This document shows, piece after piece, positions 1 to 8,232 of a stretch of 35,697 bases of DNA. The DNA comes from an uncultured Treponema sp. (lineage in GTDB: Bacteria; Spirochaetota; Spirochaetia; Treponematales; Treponemataceae): the NCBI GenBank assembly GCA_945833725.1, contig CAMAFU010000001.1, positions 1 through 35,697 on the forward strand, read 5' to 3'. Both the position numbers and the translations under genes were made by a program. Within the stretch, counting starts at the first letter, position 1. Every line of letters begins with the position of its first letter. Below the pieces are notes generated by a model. The model was not told the origin of the DNA. It did no database searches and saw only the letters and a program-made list of their open reading frames with translations.

Positions 1-150
1 AAATAACAGACTTAAGATTTTTGATAACGATACTTTTTTCATTATTACTTTCCGATTTTGTGCTCGCTGTTGGTTTTGACCGGGGAACCCTTTGTTTGGG
101 TTTTGCATGTTTGCCGAATTATCGACAGATTTGATTGTTTTGTTTGACAT
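1..150 (-). CDS. 5' part of an ORF running off the window: Asn/Gln-rich N-terminus followed by a signal-peptide-like segment
   Basis: GGAGG then ATG at 150. Reads MSNKTIKSVDNSANMQNPNKGFPGQNQQRAQNRKVIMKKVSLSKILSLLF with no stop to the edge. Second ATG at 42. Confidence 0.55.
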   Translation of the reverse strand, partial: MSNKTIKSVDNSANMQNPNKGFPGQNQQRAQNRKVIMKKVSLSKILSLLF

Positions 151-171
151 AAAATCCTCCACGATTTTATT

Positions 172-352
172 TTTTGGAGCGAAATCGAGCGTAGCAAGAC
201 TTCGCTCCAAAAGGAATTTTTCAATCACAGGTGCTGTCCAAAAAGAATAGGCAACCCCGGTTTATTGTGAAAATATTCCGCTTCGCTTCATATTTTCACG
301 GGCTCACGAGCCCATAAATTTAAGAATTACAAAAATATTGTAATTCTTAAAT
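172..352. repeat. Cluster of REP-like palindromes
   Basis: TTTTGGAGCGAA/TTCGCTCCAAAA (172-212, loop contains GAGCGTAGC). GTGAAAATAT/ATATTTTCAC (267-299, loop CCGCTTCGCT). ATTTAAGAATTACAA/TTGTAATTCTTAAAT (318-352). Confidence 0.7.
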
Positions 353-519
353 CCCAAAAGTATTATGAGAACCTGTAAAATAATTTATGATTTGTCGTAA
401 ATAAAACTATGAAATAATCATAAGATTTTATGAAAAACGCGGTATGTATAAACTTTGGAATATAAAAATGGCAAATATTGAAAATTCTTTTGCAATTTTC
501 AATATTTTTCTACTTTTAC

Positions 520-563
520 GGATTATATTCCAAAATAGTGTATATTTTTATGGATTATATTCC
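520..563. promoter_or_regulatory. Paired quasi-palindromic putative operators upstream of the AAA ATPase
   Basis: GGATTATATTCC occurs at 520 and 552, 32 bp apart. Confidence 0.5.
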
Positions 564-596
564 TAAAAAGTTGTAAAATCATTTCAGAGGTACAAA

Positions 597-1733
597 ATGA
601 TAGAACGTATGTCCGCAGGAAAAATCAGGGATGCCGCAAATTCAAGGAAAATCGTCATTTTACTTGGAGCAAGGCAAGTTGGAAAGACGACGCTTTTAAA
701 ATCGCTGTTTGATTCGGATTCCATTCTGTGGCTGAACGGCGACGAACTTGATGTTCAGAATTTATTTGAAACATTGTCTGCACAACGCTTCAAGGTATAT
801 CTGGGAACAAAAAAAATTGTTGTAATAGACGAAGCCCAGAGGATTTCAAACATAGGTCTCCGCTTAAAAGTTCTTGCCGACTCATTGCCTGACCTTCAGA
901 TTTTTGCAACAGGAAGTTCTTCCTTCGATTTTGCCAACAATGTAAACGAACCTCTTACTGGTAGCAAGCGGGAACTGCATCTCTTTCCGCTATCTTTTGA
1001 AGAACTGGTCAATCACAGCGACCTGCTCACAGAAAAAAGAATGATTCCCCACAGATTGGTTTTTGGCTCATACCCTGAAGTTGTAACTTCCCAAGGAAAT
1101 GAAATTGAAGTCCTGAAAGAACTTTCTCAAAGTTATCTTTACAAGGATATTTTGACTTTTGAAAAAATCCGCCGCTCAGACAGGCTGATAAAACTCCTTC
1201 AGGCACTTGCATGGCAGATTGGCTCTCAGGTTTCTTACAATGAACTTGCACAAACCTGTTCAATGGATGCAAAAACTGTAGAACATTACATTAACATTTT
1301 GGAGCAGGCTTTTATTGTATTTCGTCTTGGCACATTTTCAAGAAATCTTAGGAATGAATTAAAAAATAGCCGAAAAGTTTATTTTTATGACAACGGAATC
1401 CGAAACGCAATTATTGCAAATTTTTCACCCATAGAAAACAGAAATGATGCTGGAGCTCTTTGGGAAAACTATGTAATTTCTGAGCGGATAAAAAAACTCT
1501 CTTATGACGGAAGCTTTACAAACTCCTGGTTCTGGAGGACAAAAGAACAGCAGGAAGTTGATTATATAGAAGAAAAAGATGGAAATTTTTGTGCCTATGA
1601 GTTTAAATGGTCAGACATAAGCGCAAAAAAAGCCCGGCTTCCACTTACATTTTCACGCTCTTACCCGGAGGCAAGTTTTTCCGTAATAAGTCCGCAAAAT
1701 GTGGAAGATTTTTTGCTTACTCCCCGTATTTAG
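597..1733 (+). CDS. AAA+ ATPase, AAA_14/DUF4143 type
   Basis: Walker A GARQVGKTT, Walker B IDEAQ, TGSS, KVYFYDNG, C-terminal EVD..YEFK. SD GAGG. Confidence 0.9.
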   Translation: MIERMSAGKIRDAANSRKIVILLGARQVGKTTLLKSLFDSDSILWLNGDELDVQNLFETLSAQRFKVYLGTKKIVVIDEAQRISNIGLRLKVLADSLPDLQIFATGSSSFDFANNVNEPLTGSKRELHLFPLSFEELVNHSDLLTEKRMIPHRLVFGSYPEVVTSQGNEIEVLKELSQSYLYKDILTFEKIRRSDRLIKLLQALAWQIGSQVSYNELAQTCSMDAKTVEHYINILEQAFIVFRLGTFSRNLRNELKNSRKVYFYDNGIRNAIIANFSPIENRNDAGALWENYVISERIKKLSYDGSFTNSWFWRTKEQQEVDYIEEKDGNFCAYEFKWSDISAKKARLPLTFSRSYPEASFSVISPQNVEDFLLTPRI

Positions 1734-2346
1734 TAATCACTTCATGCACATTCCTGCAGCCGGTCTTTTCAAAAATGTGGGTACAATAATTATCCACAGA
1801 GCGAGGAATTATGTTCAGTTCTTCGGCAATCTGATCTTTTGATTTTCGCTCAAGGATTTTTTTAAAGACATTCTGCTCCTGCTTTGTAAATCCATCAAAC
1901 ATTTTTTTATAGATAATGAGAGGTGAAACAAGATTCTGCTGAACAAAAGTTTCGCCTACAAGAATACTTTTTACGGCATTAATCAGAACGCTTTCTGGGG
2001 CAGATTTTTCCACAAAGCCGTGTGCACCTGCTTCCAATACAATCGAAATAATTCCAGGCTTTGCATACATGGAATAAACCAGCACTTTTACAGAAGGATA
2101 TTTTGTTTTGACCTGAGTCAGTAAATCAATGCCGCTTTCTTCCCCAAGAAATAAATCAAGGACAAGAATTTCAGGAAGATTTTCAACGCCTCCACCCGAA
2201 AGTGCTTTTAATTTTTCAACTGCTTCCGATTTTGAGAAAGCCACACCTGCACAGTCCATTCCTGTTTTTTGAGTAATAAGCTGAACAAGTCCAATATTAG
2301 TTACTGTGTGGTCTTCCACCACAAAAAAAGTTTTATTCTTTGCCAT
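1717..2346 (-). CDS. NarL/LuxR-family response regulator
   Basis: Receiver motifs VVEDH, LVLDL (phospho-Asp), GAHGFVEK, then a C-terminal LuxR HTH. SD GGAGG before ATG 2346. Confidence 0.9.
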   Translation of the reverse strand: MAKNKTFFVVEDHTVTNIGLVQLITQKTGMDCAGVAFSKSEAVEKLKALSGGGVENLPEILVLDLFLGEESGIDLLTQVKTKYPSVKVLVYSMYAKPGIISIVLEAGAHGFVEKSAPESVLINAVKSILVGETFVQQNLVSPLIIYKKMFDGFTKQEQNVFKKILERKSKDQIAEELNIIPRSVDNYCTHIFEKTGCRNVHEVITKYGE

Positions 2347-2359
2347 TGCCCCTCCCATA

Positions 2360-3168
2360 CTACTGTATTGTATTTTTAGGTTTGATGATTTTTATTTGAG
2401 TTCCGTAATCTTTTTCGGAACTTATAGCTAACTTTGCTCCAATTAAGTCTGCTCGCTTTTTCATTCCTTTAAGTCCAAAATGTTTTTTGTTGTCAACTGC
2501 TTCTGTGTCAAAACCTGCTTCTGTGTCAAAACCTTTGCCGTTATCATTTATAAAAACATAAATACCTTTTTCTTCATCTCTGTTTTCGTTGCGGATTAGA
2601 AGGACAATTTCGCTTGCGTCTGCATGTTTTGCAATATTAGACAGAGCTTCCTGAATGATTCTGTAAAGGTTTAGAATTTCTTCTTTTTTCAAAAATGAAG
2701 CATCTGTATTTTCCAAAATGGAAAGGCGAAGTTCAACAGCAGCACTTTCTTTAAATTCTTCACACAGATTTTTTATACACAAAAGAAAATCGTTTTTCGT
2801 AATGTCAGGTGGGGCAAGGTTGTAACTCATAGAACGGACTTGGGAAAGAGATTTTGAAAGAAAATCCGCTATCTGAGGAAGATTTTTTTTTGCATCCATA
2901 TTCTCGCACAAGGACTTGCAATAACGGATATTCTGTGCCACAGTGTCGTGAAGTTGCGTCCCCTCTCTTCTTCCTGCCCTTGAATCGTAAACAAAAGATA
3001 TTCGTTTGATTCCTTCAATTTTTTCTTTGACTTTGCAAAATGAATCAGAAGAATCACACCTGCCAAAAGCATGATAAAAAACACGATGTCAAAAACAAGA
3101 AAAATCGTGGTGTAGCTGTGGAGAATTTCTTCAAGTTCTGAAATATATTGTGCAGCAGATTCACTCAT
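2360..3168 (-). pseudogene. NarX/HisKA_3-type sensor histidine kinase, frameshifted next to the H-box
   Basis: One frame gives a TM helix plus QGQEEERGR. Another frame gives LHDTVAQ, IIQEALSNIAKHA, DNGKGFD, FGLKGMKKR. The usual I-x-R-E linker is missing (~10 nt lost near 2955). Confidence 0.85.
2498..2533. repeat. 18 bp in-frame tandem duplication in the kinase ATP-lid region
   Basis: TGCTTCTGTGTCAAAACC x2, giving GFDTEAGFDTEA. Confidence 0.9.
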
Positions 3169-3171
3169 TTA

Positions 3172-3780
3172 CTACTTCTCCAAAAATTTGTTGCTGAGCT
3201 TATATATTCCAAAGCCTGCGAATGTTGCAATAAGCCTGTCTAAAAAAGAAATTGGAATCTGAGCCAAAATGCAGGAAACAAGAAGACTCATTCTCTGATG
3301 AACGAAACTTTCGGTAAACTTTTTAATAGGGTTCATCATGTCTGGAATTTCATAATATTTATAATGGAAAAAGTCGATTATTCCCCCTGTAATAATTGTA
3401 AAAAAAGAAGAGATAAGAGCTATCAAAACAAGATACAAAATAGTAACTGTCAGACTGATTTTAAACTCGTTTTTTCTTCTGGCAATGAACCATGTGGAAA
3501 ACACAATCAAAACTCCGCAGACTGAATACATAAGAAGGAACGGGTCAAAAAATTCTTACTGACATGCCCACAAAAGTGTGTTGATGATGTTGTAGCCTAA
3601 AGAAACACAGAGGGCAGGAACAAGTCCGAGATAAAAGACAACAGCTACCGTCCAAATCGTGTCAAAAAAAAGAGGAATATTCAGGATGTGATAAAAAAGT
3701 CCAGTTGTAAGGAAATTCATAACTTCCGCAATAAGGCAAATCAGAACTGTTTTGGGCAAACTGTGCATTTTATTAAACAT
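3172..3780 (-). pseudogene. ECF-transporter S-component-like membrane protein with an in-frame nonsense codon
   Basis: ORFs 3556-3804 and 3172-3531 are in the same frame, split by one TAA (WACQ*EFFDPFLLMYS). Contains IPLFFDTIWT...LGLVPA, C-terminal LDRLIA and multiple TM segments. Confidence 0.7.
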
Positions 3781-3935
3781 AGAATTTCTATATTGTACAC
3801 CCATTTACAAAATAAACTAAGGGAATGTTGTTGACAGGAAATGTTCATATTTTCATATTCGCGGTTCATATTTTTCATTCAAGTTTTCATTGCAGCAGCA
3901 ATAAGTACTTCTTGACTAGATAGCCATTTTACAAA

Positions 3936-4064
3936 GCGTTAGCGATGTGCAAGGCGGCGTAGCCGGCCACTGGACTGAGCGGAGTGAAACATAGCGAGGG
4001 AAGCGGCTGGAGCGATAGCGGAACCTGGAACATAGCGACCGCCGCAAAGCGAGCGGGAACGCCC
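3936..4064. repeat. Structured intergenic repeat, family A copy 1
   Basis: Minus strand reads GGGCGTT...GGTTCCGCTATCGCTCCA...CATCGCTAACGC. Abuts the TetR stop codon. Confidence 0.75.
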
Positions 4065-4706
4065 CTATTTTACACTCCATAAAATCCGCATCAAAATAAA
4101 CTCTTTCATATCTTTGTAAAAATCCAATTTTGGCATCTGGATGTTGATTTTTTCCAAGGCTGCCTGAACAAGGGGATTTTTATAACAGCAGATTGCGCTG
4201 GAAGAACCGAAGAATAAAATATCAAGTTGGAGTTTGTAGGCCGCATCTTTTGAAAGGTTCAGCATTTTTGTAAGATTGTCGCAAAGAGCATAGGCGAGAT
4301 CGTAATACTGCTTTTTGAAAACTGCCAGACGCTCAACTGTAACATTTGTTTCGATAATCGGGTTCAAATAGGAAACATAGCGCATATAAGTCTGATGAGC
4401 GTTTATGATTCCTGCCCAAACTTCTGCAATAACTTCCGAGGAATAGTTGTTTTCTTCGGGAAATGCCGCAAGAAGAGCCGAATAGTATGCTGTCATTTTG
4501 TCTTTTGCAATTTCCAAAATGATTTCTTCTTTTGTGGTTACATATTTATAGAGATTTGCCCGGGACCAGCCGAGTTTTTCCGCAATTGTCGTGAGCGTAA
4601 TTTCATTGTAGGGATTATTTTCAAAAAGATCTGCTGTTGCGTCTTTTATCTGATTGAGGCGTTCTTCTTTCTGGTCGTCGCTTCTGGCTCTGATGTATTC
4701 CTGCAT
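4065..4706 (-). CDS. TetR/AcrR-family regulator
   Basis: HTH ITLTTIAEKLGWSRANLYKYVTTKEEI. Likely start MQEYIRARS at 4706; the upstream ORF extension runs into a repeat. Confidence 0.9.
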   Translation of the reverse strand: MQEYIRARSDDQKEERLNQIKDATADLFENNPYNEITLTTIAEKLGWSRANLYKYVTTKEEIILEIAKDKMTAYYSALLAAFPEENNYSSEVIAEVWAGIINAHQTYMRYVSYLNPIIETNVTVERLAVFKKQYYDLAYALCDNLTKMLNLSKDAAYKLQLDILFFGSSSAICCYKNPLVQAALEKINIQMPKLDFYKDMKEFILMRILWSVK

Positions 4707-4712
4707 GCCTAT

Positions 4713-4741
4713 ATAATAGAAGAAAACTGTATTTTTAGCAA
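4713..4741 (-). promoter_or_regulatory. Sigma70-type promoter of tetR (probably leaderless)
   Basis: TTGCTA-17-TATTAT, then 6 nt, then ATG. Confidence 0.6.
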
Positions 4742-4776
4742 TAAGTGACGGAGTGTTGTTAAAGGTTGAATTTTTT

Positions 4777-4901
4777 GGGCGTTCCCTTCCATTCCGCTTA
4801 CGCTCCATTTCAGGTCAGGCTTTTCGCACTTCCGCGTCTTCGCGCTCCATTCTTCCGCTACGCTACAGAACGCCTTCGGCGGTGCTACAATCCTTAACGC
4901 G
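4777..4901. repeat. Family A copy 2
   Basis: GGGCGTT...AGGcttttcGCAC...GTGCtacaatCCTtAACGC. Confidence 0.85.
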
Positions 4902-4910
4902 AGATTATTT

Positions 4911-4965
4911 ATTGTTCACTCTAATAAACAAATTTTATTAAAATTTGTTTATTAGAGTGAACAAT
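4911..4965. repeat. Perfect 55 bp palindrome upstream of the second AAA ATPase
   Basis: ATTGTTCACTCTAATAAACAAATTTTA-T-TAAAATTTGTTTATTAGAGTGAACAAT (27 bp arms). Confidence 0.9.
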
Positions 4966-4992
4966 TTTTATTTTATAAAGTATAATACATAT

Positions 4993-6207
4993 ATGATGAT
5001 TGATTATACAAACCTTCTTGAAATTTCTACCAAAAGAATCAGGAATACAAAAGAAAATTTTGTAAGATCTATTGATAAGAAAATAAACTGGAATTCTCGA
5101 TTGATTGGCATAAAAGGTGCCAGAGGTTGTGGAAAGACAACATTGCTTCTGCAACATCTTAAAAATAATCATATAGATTTAGTCTCTACAGGAAAAGCTC
5201 TGTTTGTGAGCCTTGATAATATTTGGTTTGCTAAAAATTCATTACTTGATCTTGCTGATTCTTTTACAAAAAATGGTGGGAAGATCCTTTATCTGGATGA
5301 AGTTCATAAATACGAAAACTGGCCTATATACATCAAAAATATCTATGACGATTATCCTGAATTACAGGTTGTTTTTACAGGCTCTTCTTTACTTCAAATT
5401 CTTGATGCTCGTGCAGATTTAAGTCGTCGTCCTGTAATGTATAAGATGCAGGGACTTTCGTTCAGAGAATATTTAACCATCAAAACAGGAAATGATTTTC
5501 AGAAACTTCCGTTGGAGGAAATTCTTATGAATCATACAAAATATGCATTTGATATTTGTAACAAAATAAAACCATTTGAACACTTTAATGAATATCTTAA
5601 AACAGGATATTACCCCTTTTTCATGGAAGGACTAGATACTTATTACATGAGACTTGAAGAAACTGTAAATATGATTTTGGAAATGGAACTTCCTCTTTTA
5701 AGAAAGATAGATATTGCCTATGTTCCAAAAATTAAGAAACTCTTGGCGGTAATCGCTGAAAGTTCACCATTTATGTTGAACACTTCAAAGATCTCTGGTG
5801 CTATGGAATTAAACAGAACAACATTGCTTTCGTACCTAAAAAGTCTTACAGATGCAAAGTTGATAGAATCTTTGTTTAAGGATTTAAAAGGTGTAAGTTC
5901 GCTTCAAAAACCTGATAAAATCTTTCTTGAAAATACAAACCTGATGTATTTGTACCAGGGCAAAAATGTAGATGAAGGAAATGTCAGGGAAACATTTTTA
6001 TTAAATCAGCTTGACTATAATCAGACAGTAGAGTTTTCAGAGGTAAGTGATTTCTTTGTGAATGATAAATATACAATCGAATGTGGTGGAAAGAGTAAAA
6101 CCGGAGAACAAATAAAAACTCTGGAAAATGCTTTTGTTGCCGCAGATGGAATTGAAATTGGCAGTGGTTCAAAAATTCCATTGTGGTTGTTTGGATTTTT
6201 GTACTGA
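4993..6207 (+). CDS. AAA+ ATPase, AAA_14/DUF4143-like
   Basis: Walker A GARGCGKTT, Walker B LDEVH, FTGSS, PDKIFLENTNL, C-terminal IPLWLFGFLY. TATAAT lies 6 nt before ATG 4993. Confidence 0.88.
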   Translation: MMIDYTNLLEISTKRIRNTKENFVRSIDKKINWNSRLIGIKGARGCGKTTLLLQHLKNNHIDLVSTGKALFVSLDNIWFAKNSLLDLADSFTKNGGKILYLDEVHKYENWPIYIKNIYDDYPELQVVFTGSSLLQILDARADLSRRPVMYKMQGLSFREYLTIKTGNDFQKLPLEEILMNHTKYAFDICNKIKPFEHFNEYLKTGYYPFFMEGLDTYYMRLEETVNMILEMELPLLRKIDIAYVPKIKKLLAVIAESSPFMLNTSKISGAMELNRTTLLSYLKSLTDAKLIESLFKDLKGVSSLQKPDKIFLENTNLMYLYQGKNVDEGNVRETFLLNQLDYNQTVEFSEVSDFFVNDKYTIECGGKSKTGEQIKTLENAFVAADGIEIGSGSKIPLWLFGFLY

Positions 6208-6220
6208 AAAATTTCTATAT

Positions 6221-6385
6221 AAGTTCGAAATTGTGCCGGAAATTCCATACTCAAAAGCTGACTTAAACTGGAAAGACAGCAAGAGCCGTTCTTCAAAAAC
6301 TGCTGACTGGAGAAAGGGCAGCAGATTCTATCCAACAACAACTGTAGATGAATTGAAAAGCTGTTTTGAAAAGGTGTTGAAATAA
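6221..6385 (+). pseudogene. Flavodoxin-like remnant (no start, internal deletion)
   Basis: FEIVPEIPYSKADLNWKDSKSRSS is joined directly to the C-terminal-type segment ADWRKGSRF. Confidence 0.55.
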
Positions 6386-6521
6386 AAATGCGTCAGGGCA
6401 TATAAGCCGAAGGCGGCCACTGTGAATATGTGGGAATTACAGCGGGAGTTTGTGCTGGTGTTCAATTTAAAAAAAACAGATTAGCATAAAAAGGAAAGTG
6501 TAATAAAAACTGCTGTTCCTC

Positions 6522-6863
6522 ATGGAACAGTATTTTACAGAAGATACAACAATGCTCAACGACGGATTTTGTGAAGCCGCCCTCAAAAGCCTTATGGTGA
6601 ACACAAAAAAATGTCTTGAAAATCCAGAAGATTACACAGCCCGGGCCGAAATGATGCTGGCCTGCATTTCAAAACAGGGAATCGAAGCTACATACAAATT
6701 CTTTGAATCAATCAATATTCCAATGCTCCTTCGAGAAGTAGGAATCGGCGAAAAGCGTCTGGGAGAAATGGCTCATCATGTTGCCGAAAACGAAGGACTT
6801 GATAAAGCCTGGGCACCATTGAGCGAACAGGACATCAAAGAGATTTTTGAAGCATCGCTGTAA
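6522..6863 (+). pseudogene. Iron-containing alcohol/butanol dehydrogenase remnant
   Basis: MEQYF...NPEDYTARAEMMLAC is fused to GIEATYKFFESINIP..LREVGI...DIKEIFEASL. The N-terminal half and the His-ligand segment are absent. Confidence 0.75.
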
Positions 6864-6908
6864 CTTAGTGAGTGCCGTTAAGCACGAACAAATCCGTTTG
6901 TTTTTTTT

Positions 6909-7031
6909 GGGTGGCTTTTGGAGGTTCGCAAACTCACCTCCAAAAACAGGCTTTACAGGGTTCCGCTACCGCTGCATTCGACGCAGCAAGCTGCTTACGA
7001 ACGGCTCCGCCGCCCTTCCAATCCTTGCCAC
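6909..7031. repeat. Family A copy 3
   Basis: GGGTGGC...AGGctttacAGGGttccgctaccgc...CCCTtccaatCCTtGCCAC. Confidence 0.85.
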
Positions 7032-7252
7032 AAGCGAGGGCCATTTTCGTATTTTTCAAGCAGAGTTATGCCCACAGACATATCAAGTTCTTTTGCAGTT
7101 TCGCCAAACCTTTTGATAAAATCACTGTCAGCAGAAATTGCTTCCGCTTTCCATTCATCTACAGACCGCCCAAAAATGTGATATCCGTTACTCCACATTT
7201 CAGGGAACAAGGCAATATCAGCACCTCTTTCTTTTGCCTTCCGGCAGCACAC
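7032..7252 (-). pseudogene. Carbon-nitrogen hydrolase (nitrilase family) N-terminal remnant
   Basis: AKERGADIALFPEMWSNGY...AKELDMSVGITLLEKYENGPR. Homology appears to end at the family A repeat. Confidence 0.75.
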
Positions 7253-7366
7253 AATTTTTTCTTAATCCTCTCTACTTTTTTAATCTGACTTTTGATTTGG
7301 TAATCTTCTGTAAAAGTCTGATTTTTTGGCTTAAAATTTTCAGGTACTTTCATATAAACTTAAAAT

Positions 7367-7813
7367 TCATCGCTTTAATACAAATTCTTGAACCGGGCTT
7401 CCAAATTCTTCAGTCAGTTTTCCTTCAGTAAATCCCATTTGCTTGTAGAATGCTCTTGCAGCCTTGCCTTCAGAAACCCCATCTCTATAAGTCGTTACAA
7501 ATACATTCCTTTGAGAATCCATTTTCGAAAGCATAAAAGATACCATTTTTTCGGCTATATGCTGTCTACGAAATTCAGCATCAACTGCAAGAAAGCAAAT
7601 CTCATTGTTTTCAAAAGAAAATAAAAGTATGCCAACGATTTTTCCCTGTTCCTTGGCACAGATTGCAGAAGCTTTATCCATAAAATTTAAAACAGAATTT
7701 TTGTGTTCGTTCAAAGCGTCTTTTGTTTCAAGCCCTGGAAAAGCATCTTTTACTTTTTCTACAAGGTTCATCCAGCCGTCAATATCCTGTTTTGTTCCAA
7801 GTTCAATTAACAT
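7367..7813 (-). CDS. GNAT-family N-acetyltransferase
   Basis: LAVDAEFRRQHIA (motif A), ARAFYKQMGF (motif B). SD GGAG. Confidence 0.88.
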   Translation of the reverse strand: MLIELGTKQDIDGWMNLVEKVKDAFPGLETKDALNEHKNSVLNFMDKASAICAKEQGKIVGILLFSFENNEICFLAVDAEFRRQHIAEKMVSFMLSKMDSQRNVFVTTYRDGVSEGKAARAFYKQMGFTEGKLTEEFGSPVQEFVLKR

Positions 7814-7849
7814 TTTTTACACTCCCACACTAAAGGTAAAATTCAAAAT

Positions 7850-8218
7850 CTACCTTCCCACCACCAGCTGCCCGACCAAAACTAATGAAATCCCAAAAAT
7901 TACACTTAATGCAATATAGACAACTGCAAGTCCTGCGTGTCCAGTTTTAAAAAGCATTTCCGTTTCCAAAGCAAAAGTTGAGAATGTGGTAAATCCTCCA
8001 CAAAATCCTGTTTTTATAAAAAGTACAGTTTTTGGTGAAAGCGAAGTATTTTTGAGTGCAAGAGCCGAAATTATCCCGATAAAAAAACAGCCTGCAAGAT
8101 TTATAAACAGAGTTTTTACAGGAAAGAGACACGGTTCTTTTATCGCAATCAATCCAATCAAATACCTTGCACAAGAGCCAAGACCGCCACCCAAAGCCAC
8201 AATAAAACAATTTATCAT
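7850..8218 (-). CDS. crcB: Fluoride efflux channel CrcB/Fluc
   Basis: GGGLGSCARY, TLFINLAGCF, GFCGGFTTFSTF signature. Confidence 0.95.
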   Translation of the reverse strand: MINCFIVALGGGLGSCARYLIGLIAIKEPCLFPVKTLFINLAGCFFIGIISALALKNTSLSPKTVLFIKTGFCGGFTTFSTFALETEMLFKTGHAGLAVVYIALSVIFGISLVLVGQLVVGR

Positions 8219-8232
8219 CACTTCACCTTCAA

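Noticed and set aside
2945-2975. Programmed frameshift or phase variation in the kinase
   Set aside because: No slippery heptamer or homopolymer, and conserved residues are physically missing, which indicates a deletion.
3556-3558. Stop-codon recoding or programmed readthrough
   Set aside because: This is a single TAA in a decaying region. TAA is the normal stop of many intact genes in the window.
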